Assembly (NCBI GenBank): GCA_043228905.1 | Contig: JBHGNT010000014.1 | Span: forward strand, 5,518,001 to 5,582,000 | From: Azolla caroliniana | Taxonomy: Eukaryota; Plantae; Polypodiophyta | DNA length: 64,000 nucleotides | Direction: 5' to 3' | Shown here: positions 1-11,001 of the stretch, piece by piece | How positions within the stretch are numbered: the first letter of the stretch is position 1 | How the letters are laid out: every line of letters starts with the position of its first letter | Made by a program: the position numbers and the translations under genes | Notes under the pieces: generated by a model | What the model was told of the DNA's origin: nothing | Database searches by the model: none | What the model saw: the letters and a program-made list of their open reading frames with translations, nothing else

Positions 1-807
1 TGCTACGTTTCGCTCATTTGCCTTTTTCACCCATTCCGTTGCTTGTTTCCGGATGGCCTCTTGTGTCTCCCATTCCGTCGTCTTGCCCTTCGACCTTGTG
101 GTGACCTGTTGTAGGTCTGCGACTTCGGCGACTACCATGTTTACTGCCGGTCGCTTATCATAGCTCTTTGTCGGACATTGATTACTATAATGTCCTTCTT
201 GTCGTCAATAATAGCAATATGCCTTCCGGGTATTGCTGGATTCGGCATTGTTTCCTGTACCCGGTGGAGGACCTGTGGTAACCACGGGGCTCTGGTCCGG
301 TTGGGTGCTTGAGGCGCCTTTTTCCGGTTCCCGTGGGTGGCTCCCTTTTTTGAAATGCCGTTTTGTATTAAAGTTCTTTTTGTTGCGGTACCCTTGTTGG
401 GGTTGGTCGTCATATCTCCCGTAATCTTCCCGTCGTTGGTGATACCCGGGGGAGTGATACCAGTTGTGATGCTCGTACCGTCCATTGTAATCTCGGTACT
501 TGTCATATCTCTTGTACCGGTCATAGTTGTCTCGCCGATCGTCATACCGAACATCCTGTGCCGGTCGATATCACTCCTCTCACCGCCAACGTTCGTCCTC
601 TTCGTCTCGGTTGCTACGTGGCTCGATTTGCCGGACTGGTGGTGCTTGCCGATTCAATAAAGTATATTCGCACCGATCCATCGTGTGGCTCGTAGAGTGT
701 GCACTCCAATGACGAGTGTCCGGCGTTCAAGCAGGTCGTGCATTGGATTGCTTGCCGGAAACGGAGATCCTCATTGGTTGTTAACGCTCGTTGGAGGGCT
801 CCCATTG

Positions 808-1887
808 TTAGCCAAGAGCTCGTTTTTCCATTTCACTAACCCGGTCGACGGTGCTTGTGCGAAATTCGATGACCATGCATACTGTTCGTAGAGGTTCCCG
901 GAGCGCGGCTAATAATATAGCTCGTGTTTCTTCCTCCGAAGGTGCGCAGGTAAGCTGACTGTGCATCCGTTGAAACCGGATGACAAACTGTGGGATGCTC
1001 TCCCCGGGGTCCTGCTGGATGGTATAAAATAAGCCCACCATTTCTTGTTGGTCCACCTCCTTTTGAAAGAACTGCAAGAATTTGTCTTTTAGGTCCGCAA
1101 AGGTGGTGATGGTGCTGGGGTCCTGCGTTTGGTGCCATCTGGCGGCCGGTCCTTCCAATGTCACGCCGAATTCGGCTATCTTAGATCGTTCCTCTTTGGC
1201 CGCAATTAACCGTTGTGACACATGGTTCACCTCCCATGTTTTTTGAAACACGTGAACATGAGCCTTCGCGTCCGGGTCATCCCGATACTTGGAGTACTGA
1301 AACGGCATGTCGTCGTCCAGTGTCGGTACGTGGGCTAGCGGTATCGGTGGTCTTTCCTGTTGTTTCGTCGGCGTCGGAGGTCTTTGCCGGTCTTCCCTTG
1401 GTGTTGCCGGCTCGACTTCCGGTGTCGGAGGTCTTTCTTTGTCTTCTTCTGTCTCCGGAGGTTGCTCCACGTCTAGGGCCGGGGTTTCCCGGTCTGCCAA
1501 CTCTGGTTCCGGTGTCGGTACTGTATCTGACTCCTCATCCTCCGGTCCTCCTAGGGTGTCGTTACTGCTGCGATAGTTCGTGTGTGCGCTGTAACCCCCT
1601 TCCGAATCCGATTCCAGCGCTGAAAATGCTTCGGATTCGCGGTCTCTTCCGGCCAAGGCTTGGAGAAGGGATTCCACTTCCCGGAGACTGCTTAAGTTGC
1701 TTCCTTCGTCCGGGTAGGCATTTTGTTCCAGACGGAGCGACTCCTCCACCACTTTCCGGATCACTTTGGAAAATGATCGATCCGTTCGGATTTCTTCCGC
1801 TGCTTGCTGGAAAGCCTCTCGCCGCCTTCTCCATTCAGCAAGTCTTTGTGCTCTCTCCGTAATCGGGTCGTCTGTTGGCCTAGTCAT
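808..1887 (-). pseudogene. gag: Gag (capsid-like) ORF of element C, frameshifted before the zinc knuckles
   Basis: Retrotransposon gag-like motifs; knuckles follow in other frames. Confidence 0.75.
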
Positions 1888-1923
1888 CCATTCCGCCGCT
1901 GTTCACTGCGATTGTGCAGGAAT

Positions 1924-1934
1924 TGTGGTCGCCA
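1924..1934 (-). promoter_or_regulatory. PBS complementary to the 3' end of tRNA-Arg(UCG)
   Basis: Minus strand TGGCGACCACA, 7 nt from the LTR end; matches the plant tRNA-Arg(UCG) 3' end ...TGTGGTCGCCA as recalled. Confidence 0.6.
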
Positions 1935-1941
1935 AAAACTA

Positions 1942-2401
1942 TGTTACTCCTAGGGCCGGACAACAGCCTAACACAGGGTGTCCACTTAAGACACTTCACC
2001 AAAGGGTGGTACGGCAGAATGACTTACGGCACAACGCTTAATTAGACCTTAATCGATTAGTTAAGAATACATCATTAACATGCGTAAGATATACAATAAG
2101 CACAGAACGGTAATCAACACTGAAAGATTAAGGCAATAAGTTCTATTAATTATCCGCTCTCGATTACATTGTAACCGGGTCTTTATATAGGTCTCCGGTG
2201 CGAAATACAAAACGGTGCCAACCGACACCTTTTCGGGATTGGTCCGGATCCGGATCGGCATACCGATTCCGGTCCGTCCATCCACATCTTCTCATATATT
2301 ACTATATATTTTAAGACTACTAATTACAACAGTTCCCGAATAAACTATTCCTTTCACACTCTGGTTTGGATCTCCTTAAGCCTTCTTTCCGGCCGGTAAC
2401 A
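1942..2401 (-). repeat. 5' LTR of element C
   Basis: TGTTAC...GTAACA termini; a related LTR end lies in the opposite orientation at ~23680-23750. Confidence 0.8.
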
Positions 2402-3305
2402 ATCACCGATCGAATAAATAGACCTACCAGCGAAGGCCTCGGCCAATTCCTCAACGCTCGGTCTGACCCCTGCATTTCGAATTGTCACTTGATTAATAGG
2501 TTGTAGGTCCTGGATGAAGCGTAAGGTGTCGTTCTTCTTTGGCATAGTGAACTACCGATTCGAGTATGGGGCACTTGATGGCTCAAGGATACCCATCTCG
2601 ATCTTTTCCTTGAGTAGCTCAATCAACTTAAGGATGCACGAGCTCAATCAACTTCAGCTAAACCGTAAAGATCACCATTGGCTCCACGATCTTAGGGTTT
2701 ACACACCCTATCTCACCCGACAAGAAGGCGAAATCCCTTCCGTGGCTTTCGATCATCCTTTTAAATCTTTTCTCCTCCCTAGGCAATAGGAAGCCACCCC
2801 CACCAATCCGGAGCTTCTGTCGCGGCTCGTCGGTGAACCGATGCCCTATGCCTCATGGGTCTTGCAAGCAAGGATCAACCGCTACCCCCTTTATCCGATC
2901 CCAACTATCGCTAGGCAATGGGGCAGCCACAGGCTTCACCTTCTTGTCCCCTTTGTTTGCACCTTGACCGTCCTCGCTTCCTCAATCAACCACCCAAGGT
3001 CTTCGATGGCGGTGTACATGTCAACTAAGTTGATTGGAATTACCTTGTCTTCATTGAGGCCCGAAACGATTACCCTCTCCATCTCTTTGAGAGTGTCGTT
3101 GAACGAGACCGCCTCCATGGCAGTGCTTATGGTGTCATCTTCCCCCAATAAATTACATTGTTTGAGATACCTTTCGTATCTCTTGGCCCTAGACTTATCT
3201 CTATCACTTAAACTAGTAATTTTACAAGCTCCATTTTCGGAGAACCAAAATTATTTCCTATTACATTTAATAGTTTTACAAGGGTTTAAGGTCTTAGTTT
3301 GCCTT

Positions 3306-3349
3306 GGGCTATTGCGGCCCCACTTTTTAATAGCCCGCATCAAAAATCC
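3306..3349 (-). promoter_or_regulatory. Putative -1 ribosomal frameshift signal in A2
   Basis: G GAU UUU then UGA; 6-nt spacer; perfect 8-bp stem GGGCUAUU/AAUAGCCC with 15-nt loop. Confidence 0.65.
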
Positions 3350-5465
3350 TCTCGGCTCTCCCCTTTGAGGGAGGCTTGATTGCGCTCATGGTTGGGCCTC
3401 ACCGTAAGGAATTTGTGAACGATTACTTGCGGAAGCGTTAGAAAATAGAGAAGGTAGGGAATACACAGAGTACATGGGAGAGATAGAGAGATCAGAAGTT
3501 CAAGGCTATATTAAAAAACGTTAAAAACACTCTGTGTATACAACTATGCTAACACGAGTCCTCGTGCGACTGACAGAAGTACCACATACTTCAATGCTCA
3601 CACGAGCATCTGACACTTACTACGAGACTATAATTGCCTAGTATTCTACACTAATACTAGGCTTCCGGATACTGATTGGATCCGGCTAACCGGCTCCCCA
3701 GCTCACCGGCTTTGTTGCTTGCAGCTTACCGATCCGTCTCACTTGCCGGCTCAGGCTTATTCAGCCGATCCGGCTCCAGTTGAGCTTGCCGCTCAACACT
3801 CCCCCTCAAGGTCAAGTTGAGGTTGGATCTTAGTGTCAGTCTCTGTGGCAGCCGGTTCTTCCAACCGACTTCTCCTGGCGTCGCTTCGTCTTGCTCGCGC
3901 TCCTCATTCGGTCGGGTCCCGTTTGCTGCGACCCTTCTGGTTCTGCGCGCCTTGACCTTCTCGGTCGGCATGTCTGCTCAATAGGCCTTGGCCCCTCTCA
4001 GCTCCTTCGTTCCTATGACTCCGGCGCTTGCCGATCCGTCGGTTCCTCCGTGATGGCATCGACTTCCGTTGAATCCGTGTCTGCTTGGCCTCTAGTTGAT
4101 TCGGTTCATCCGAATCCGTCTGTTGATCTGAATCGGCTGTCCCCGATTCGTTCCAGCTCTTGTCTGAGTCGATATCCTCCGACTCATCTTTCGGTTTAAG
4201 GCCCTTCACAACATTAGACAACATCTGGGTCTTGGCCTTGCTTCCATCCCTGGCTGCTTCAGCCCCTTTTCTCCCCCTCTTCCGGTTCTTCCCTTACCGG
4301 TGTCGGTAACAGTCTCTTTGCCTTTGCCCGTCCTCTCCCTCAAGTGTGGCATGTCGAGATGTTGAACACCAAGCATTTCGGTGAAGTGCTGCAACTTGTC
4401 CAATCCGAGCGGCTTGGTGAAGATGTTGGCAACGTGCCGATCCGTGTGAACATACCGAAGTTCGATCTCACCGTTCAAGACACGCTCACGCACGAAGTGA
4501 TAGTGCACTTCTATGTGCTTTGTGCAAGCATGGAATACGGGGTTCTTGGCGAGTTGCATGCTGCTTATGTTGTCGTAGTAGACCAGAATCGGGGTTGGTA
4601 CCTCGATCCGTAGGTCTTGCAGCAATCACCGAAGCCAAATGGCTTCACAGGTGGCAATGGTACCGCCCCAATACTCAGCCTCAGTGCTCGACAGAGCAAC
4701 TGTTGGCTGCTTTTTGTTGCTCCATGCAACAACCGCGCTACCTAGGGAAAACATATAACCGGACGTTGTTACGCGTGTGCGCATAGAAGGGGTGGGACCA
4801 CGGGGGTCTTGGACCGAGGAGCGAGAGAGAGAGGGAGAGAGAGAGAGAGAGAGCGAGAGAATCACCAAATACACAGAAACAAGAAGGAGAGATATAGAAC
4901 GGAACACTTAATTACAATAATAGGAGATTACAAACTCCGACGGTTACAACCGCCAAGGCGGCGCACACAGACGGAACACACTGGACAAAGAGAAACGCCG
5001 AAGGAAAAGCCTCTACTGACATCGCACGGGCTACCCACGAAGCAGAGGTGTCGAACTCTCCACATCCACAGAGAATGACGGTCGGAGGAGGAGAGAGAGT
5101 TCGGCCCTTGGTCTTGCAGCACTTCGTCCCCCTTAACGCGCGACCCCCCACTCTCTTTAAATATTTCCCTAAAAAAAAAGGGGTGCCCCTTTCCCTAGTC
5201 AAATCGCTTTATTCCCTGTCCCTTCTGACAGAGATACGCACAATCCCTCCTAATAAATGTGCACTACTTAGTATTTACATCAGTTGATCCATTTAGGAAT
5301 CAATATCAAAAATATCAAGTCAGACATCCATTCATCTAAGAGTCGGTTCATGCGCCTTTTTGCCCGAATCCGCCTATGGCCGGTTTTCTTCACGACATCC
5401 GGGCCACCAAACCGCGCATCCACCGGCATGCGCCTGAGACGGGTTGATACCGAAGAAAACCGGCT

Positions 5466-8400
5466 TCAGTCGGTGCTCTCCGATTCTTTGTCAGGCCCGA
5501 ACTGATCTTCGCCATCGCTCTCGTCTACGCCCTCTGGGTCCGGCTCGTCCTCGAACCGCTTCTTGAATGCTTTGATCCGTTTCCCGGCTACCGGTACTGC
5601 TAGCCGTGTCCCATCAAGTTCCGCGAGGTGGTACATGTCGTTGTCGTTCGCGCTCGTCACCATGTAGGGCCCGAACCATCTCCTCGCGAAATTTCGCACT
5701 GCCTTGTGCTGATTGTCGAGGCTGCTATTGTACACCAAGACCCAGTCGCCTTCCTCGATCTTCTTTGGTCGCAACCAGTGCGTCTGGTTGAACCGGATCT
5801 TGTTCCGTTCCCTTGCCACCCGCAGCTTCTCCTTTGCCTGTTTCATGTCCTCCGGCCTTTGCTCAAGTTGCCGAATCCGCGCCGCCAGAAACTCCTCCTA
5901 GCTCATCTCGTCCTTCCAATCTACCACTACCCACAAAGAAACCGTCTGTTCCACCGGCATGATCGGCTTCTGTCCATACATCAACTCTACTGGCATAAAC
6001 CCTGTTACCGAACTGTGCGTAGTTTGGTCCGCCCATAGTGCGTAAGGAAGGAGTCACGGCCAATTCCCGACCTGCCCTCTGCATGCACGCACCAACGCCT
6101 TTACGATCGGCCCATGCCCACGTTTTACCTTTCCATTCGCCTCTGGATTGTATGTTGTAGTGAGGGAGAGTTTGACCCCTAGCCGGTCGAACAGCTCCTC
6201 AGCCTCCCTCGCATCCAGCTCTCCCCGTTCCGCTACGATCCTCCCGACGCATCCGTACCAACACACTACCTCTTCGATCAGGAACCGGCATACCGCCGCG
6301 GTTGTCTTGTTCTGCAGTGCACGGCCTTCCACCTGGTTCGTTAAGTCTTCTCGTGCAAGCACCAGGTATCGCATTTGTCCTACTCCCATCGGCATCGTCA
6401 CCAAGTCTACCACCCACTTGAAATGGACCGTAGGCGGGTAGGTTGGGTGTAGCTCGTCCCGATGTCGAACCACAGAGTGCATCTGACAGCTTTCGCAAGT
6501 CGTTACGAACCAATGCACGTCCTGGTACAGCCCCAGCCACTAGTACTTCTCCTTCAACTTCTCGAATGTGACCCACGTTCCGCGATGCCCGGCCCAGGGA
6601 CTCTCGTGAAATGCCGCCAATAGTCCCCCTTGTTCTTCTTTCCTTGCCACTACTCAGAGCGGAATGCCGTTTTTTTTTCTTTGGGTGCCTCCATATACAC
6701 TCGTCTCGCAGGAAGAATCGGTACGCCTTCTTCCACACCGGGCTCGCCTCTTCTCTTGTCCACGCTGCATTTGGCATCATCGCCCGTAGGAACCTCCCGA
6801 TTTGGAGCCACTCCCCGTCATACCTGCTTTCATCAAATTCGTTAAGCGCCGGAGTGTCCCCTTTCCTCGTCATTACGTTAGCCAACCCGAAGAATTCCTT
6901 GCCGACTTCTTCGTCATCCGAAACCATGTCATCTTCATCATTGAACCTCGCTCTCGAAAGCATGTCGGCCATGGCGTTATCCTTTCCGGATATGTGCCGT
7001 ATCTCCGGGTTCAGGGACTTAACATACGCTATCCACCGGAGCATTGCTAGGTCCGGCGTCGCGCATCCGGAAACCATGCCAAGTATCGGCAGGCAGTCTG
7101 TCTCGATGATCACCTCCGTCCCGATCAGATAATCCTTGTCGGCCTTGACTGCCGAAATGATACCCCAAAGCTCGCGCTTAACTTGGGCGTATCCTCGCTG
7201 CCGCTCGCTCAATACCTTCGCCCCAAACCGGATCGGGAACCGTACGTCGTCCTTGTCCTCCTGACTGATTACCCACCCGATCCCGGTCGGGCTCGTGTCC
7301 ACCGTCACGCAAACGGGGACATCCTTGCCGTAAACCGTTTTTCGGAGAGCCGGTGCTACCATAAGCGCCTCCTTTAATCTCCGTACCGACTCTGTGTGCT
7401 CCGTCCTCCAGTCAAAGCTACGTCCCTTTTTCAAAAGTCTATAGAGGGGTTTCGCGACATGTGCGTAGTGCGGGATCCAGATGTGGTAGAACGCGCATGC
7501 ACCCAACATTCTGCGAACCTCCGTAACCGACCCATAATCGTTCCTCATCGCGGAGATGGCCTCTACCTTCGCCGGAGACGGTTTCCTACCATAAGGCCCG
7601 CACAGGTGTCCGACCACCAGTATCTCCGACTGCCCGAATGCCGATTTTTCTCCGAAGAAGGTGAGTCGTGCGTTTTCGAGCCTCTGCAGCACCTTCTCGC
7701 AGTCGTTGATGTGGTTCACGATGAACCTCCGGCATTCGTCTGTCCCGATAGTCTCGTCCGCATCCTCCACCGGACACCCCTTTATTGAGATGTCGTCCAA
7801 GAATGGCATGGTGATGTCCGGGATGCAGTCCCTGAGCACCTTGTTCATTGCGTTCACCATATGCGCCACCGAATTTGTCCCTCCTTGTGGTAGGGCACAC
7901 ATTCGTACTAGGTCGAGAGGAGTTCGCATCGTCGTGATATCCCTGCTCTCCACGGCTAGCTGGAACTATTCGTACCCCGAGTATAAGTCACCGACCGAAT
8001 AGATCGATCTTCCAGCGAAGGCCTCCGCGAACTCGTCTATGGTCAGTCCGATTCCTACATTACGAATGGTCACCCTGTTGACCGGTTGCAGGTCCTGAAT
8101 GAAGCGTAGCGTGCCGTTCTTCTTCGGCACTGTAAACCACTGATTCGAATACGAGGCACTTGACGGTTCGAGGATGCCCATCTCCACCTTCTGCTTCAGA
8201 AGCTCCATCAACTTCGGGATGTGAGCTCTCAACACCAGAATCGGTTTGAGATTCCACGGTACATGCGGTACCGTGAAGATCACCATCGGTTCGACGATCG
8301 TCGGGTCCATGCACCCGATCTCCTCCGGCGAGAATGCCAAGGCTTTCCCATGCCTTCCGAGCATTCTCCGAAACCTGTCCTCCTCTGTCGGCAATAGGAA

Positions 8401-8652
8401 GCCACCCCCACCGACCTTGAGCTCCCATAGCGTTATGTCGGTGAACCGGTGCCCTATGCCAGCCGGATTCCGTAAACTTGGGTCCGACGCGACCCCTTTT
8501 ATCCGCTCTTCGCTGCCCTCTAGCAAGGGAGTCGCGACTGGCCTCACCTTCCGGTCCACAGTCTTGTACTTTGTATCCACGCGAGCCATCCGATCCGACC
8601 CGATCCTTTCCCCGATGTCCGCGAACGGTCTATTCTTCTCTAAGGTCTTCAC
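5466..8652 (-). pseudogene. pol: pol (RT-RNase H-integrase) of A1, broken into several ORFs
   Basis: ORFs 7966-8652, 6199-7953, 6054-6518 and 5466-5846 carry RT, RH and INT motifs. Confidence 0.85.
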
Positions 8653-8848
8653 CGATCACCTTTCGCAACTCGCCCAAGGTGTCGTCAAAAGAGACCGCCT
8701 CCACGGAGCCGCTGATCTCTTCGTCGGGGGAGAGGACTCCGCATCCCCTGAGCCGCTCCTCCGCTCACTTCCTTTCCCGACCGCTGACACTGGCTATAGT
8801 ACAACCTCCGTTTTCGGAAAACCAAAACTTCCTACCTACTGTACATGT

Positions 8849-8914
8849 GTGGGGTTCTTCCGGTACATCCAGACTACCGCGGCCCCACGCCTTGATAGCC
8901 CTCTCTAAAAATCA
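8849..8914 (-). promoter_or_regulatory. Putative -1 ribosomal frameshift signal in A1
   Basis: U GAU UUU then UAG; 6-nt spacer; stem GGGCUAUC/GGUAGUCU; loop GUGGGG complementary to downstream CCCCAC. Confidence 0.6.
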
Positions 8915-11001
8915 CCTCGGTTGTCGCCGCCGAGGGTCTCGCGATTCCTCTCATGGTTCGGACGTACGGTCATGAATTGGACGGAATGCCGACTGTCCTG
9001 GTTCTTGACGCGCGCATACGCCGAACCGTTGTCCAGCACCTTCGTCTCCATGCGTGTTGCCGTAATGAATGGTTCACCGAGAATCACCGGGTGCGAGGAT
9101 GTTTCCTGCACGAAGAAATGTTGATCTATCTCGACATCACCGACCTTTACGCGTATATTCAGGCATGCGCCATGCAGCTCCTCCGTAACACACGTCGCTG
9201 CGTGTATCTTCCACCCATGCTTGGTGTTGATCGGCCATTTACCCCTCTTGTAGAAATTGATGGACATAAGGTTGATTTCGGATCCATGGTCTACCAAGGC
9301 CACCACCGGTTCCGGAACGTCGCCAATCTGCACAGGGGTTTCCATAGTTGCCCTGGCCCAATGCGGCTTCGCGTAGTGGCTTTCCGCCAACTCGTCTTCT
9401 AGGGCCACGTCTTCTAAGTGCATAGTCCGCACCTCCATCGGCTTCTCCGGTTTTGGATCTGTCGAGAGCCTCTTCCGCTTCACCAGGTCTACTATGGAGT
9501 CGTGGAACTCCCTCTTGGCGATTCCCAGCACCTCCCGCAACGATAGCTCCACTTTACTGTCAAGGATACATTCCTCCAGGACCTTTCGCAGGTCTGTGGT
9601 CCTTTCGATTTCGGTGCTCAACCAAAACCCCGCCTGCTTCTTTCCGTCTGGCACGCCTGGGTTGCCGGCACCGGTCAGTTTCGATCCGAACCAGGTCTCA
9701 TACCTCTGCGGGGGACCGCCCCTCCGGCTTTTCCTGCTCGTTTTTCTTCCACCAGAACCTCGTAGTTCTGGCAAGCGGCTTCTACGAAGCCCGTTTTCTC
9801 TTCGACCGGATCGTCCCATCCGGTGACCTCCTGGACCCGTTGTTCCGCGCGGTCCGCCTCTTCCTTCTTCAACAAAACTCTGGAGAGGCCTTCTAGCACT
9901 AGCGGCCAGAATCTAGAGTCCTCCGCCTTTCGGGTCTGCTCACCTCCGACCCGAATTCCCGCCGACACTGAGTAGTTAACGGCTTCTACATGTCGTTCCA
10001 TAGCCTCTTCCATCAACTTTTTCATTCCGCCACGCCCCATATTCAGTTCTAGGGCTCTCCGGGTCTCGCTCGCGTGCACCCGCCCGTTCCAGAGGTACAC
10101 CACGTTGGTCCTGAGTGCATCGGCAAAATCCATGCAATCCTTTCAAATGTGACTGATCGCATCACACCACATGCACCGCTGCCCAGCCGGCGGCCTCCGA
10201 TCACGAGGTTGTTCGCCGCTATCTCTCCGGGCCTGTGCAATCTGCAAGTCGCGCACCATCTGTGTCAGCTCCTCCAGAGCCGCTCCTCCTGATGGGCCTC
10301 TAACCACGTCCTTCGATGCCGACCCCGACTCTAGCCAGATTCGGGTCTCTTCCTTCCTACCGTCCGACACCGATACCAGTTCCTCGAGCCTCCTCCCCGG
10401 GACCGGCCCTGACCCCGACGAGCTTCCGTCGCTCCAATCGCGTCGTTTGTCGAAACGTCTGCAGACCCGTTTTACCACGGCCCAGTCTTTCGTGAGCCCT
10501 TCGTCCGTTTCCAATAGGGGACCCACCTTTTCCCTGTTGAGCACGTCCACCGACTTGACAAACAGTAGTACTCGACTCGTTTCGAGCACCGTCCGGTCCA
10601 GCGTCCACAACCGCACGAACCGTTTTTCGAACTCCTGGAGGAGCACCAACGTGTTCCTCCCCTTTCCGGGGCTTTCCACCCACGCTAAAGTCCCGCCTCG
10701 ACAGCCGAAGCGAGTCGTCAAACCCGTACTTCTCGAGGAGCTGCAGCTCGAACTCCTCCAAAGTCTGGCATCCAGCCAGCACCTCCGCGTGGATGCCCGG
10801 CGTCACCACCCGAGGGAATCCGGACAGCCGCCTGTCCACCGGGATATCCCTCAAGATCATTTCGGCCCGGTAAGCCTCCAAATAACTTGTGGCGTCTTTC
10901 CCTCCGAACCGGCCTATAGAGCCGACAATCGATTCAATGGATCTGTCGAGGGTACCCGTCCCCTCACGAGCGCATACCAGCCGGTCAACGGCCACCACCA
11001 T
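8905..11001 (-). pseudogene. gag: gag-protease of A1
   Basis: ORFs 10357-11001, 10143-10721, 9675-10133, 8905-9819; zinc knuckle, aspartic protease-like fold motifs (VDHGSEIN ... VILGEPF). Confidence 0.85.

Larger units (their letters stand above)
1..2401 (-). mobile_element. Ty3/Gypsy-type LTR retrotransposon 'C', 5' part (LTR, PBS, degenerate gag); continues beyond the window start
   Basis: LTR 1942-2401 with inverted termini TGTTAC...GTAACA; PBS next to it; retrotrans-gag-like ORF 808-1887 (LEGPAARWH...F.DLKDKFLQFF...QDPGESIPQFVIRF); CCHC knuckles CTTCLNAGHSSLEC (~700-745) and CYY*RQEGHYSNQC (~175-216). It interrupts the RT of element A2 at 2402. Confidence 0.8.

Noticed and set aside
7954-7968. 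Programmed stop read-through inside RT
   Set aside because: The TAG replaces an expected Gln codon (YDQF motif), consistent with C-to-T decay.
9675-9819. Programmed gag/pro frameshift in A1
   Set aside because: Copy A2 is in one frame across this region, so the A1 shift is a private indel.
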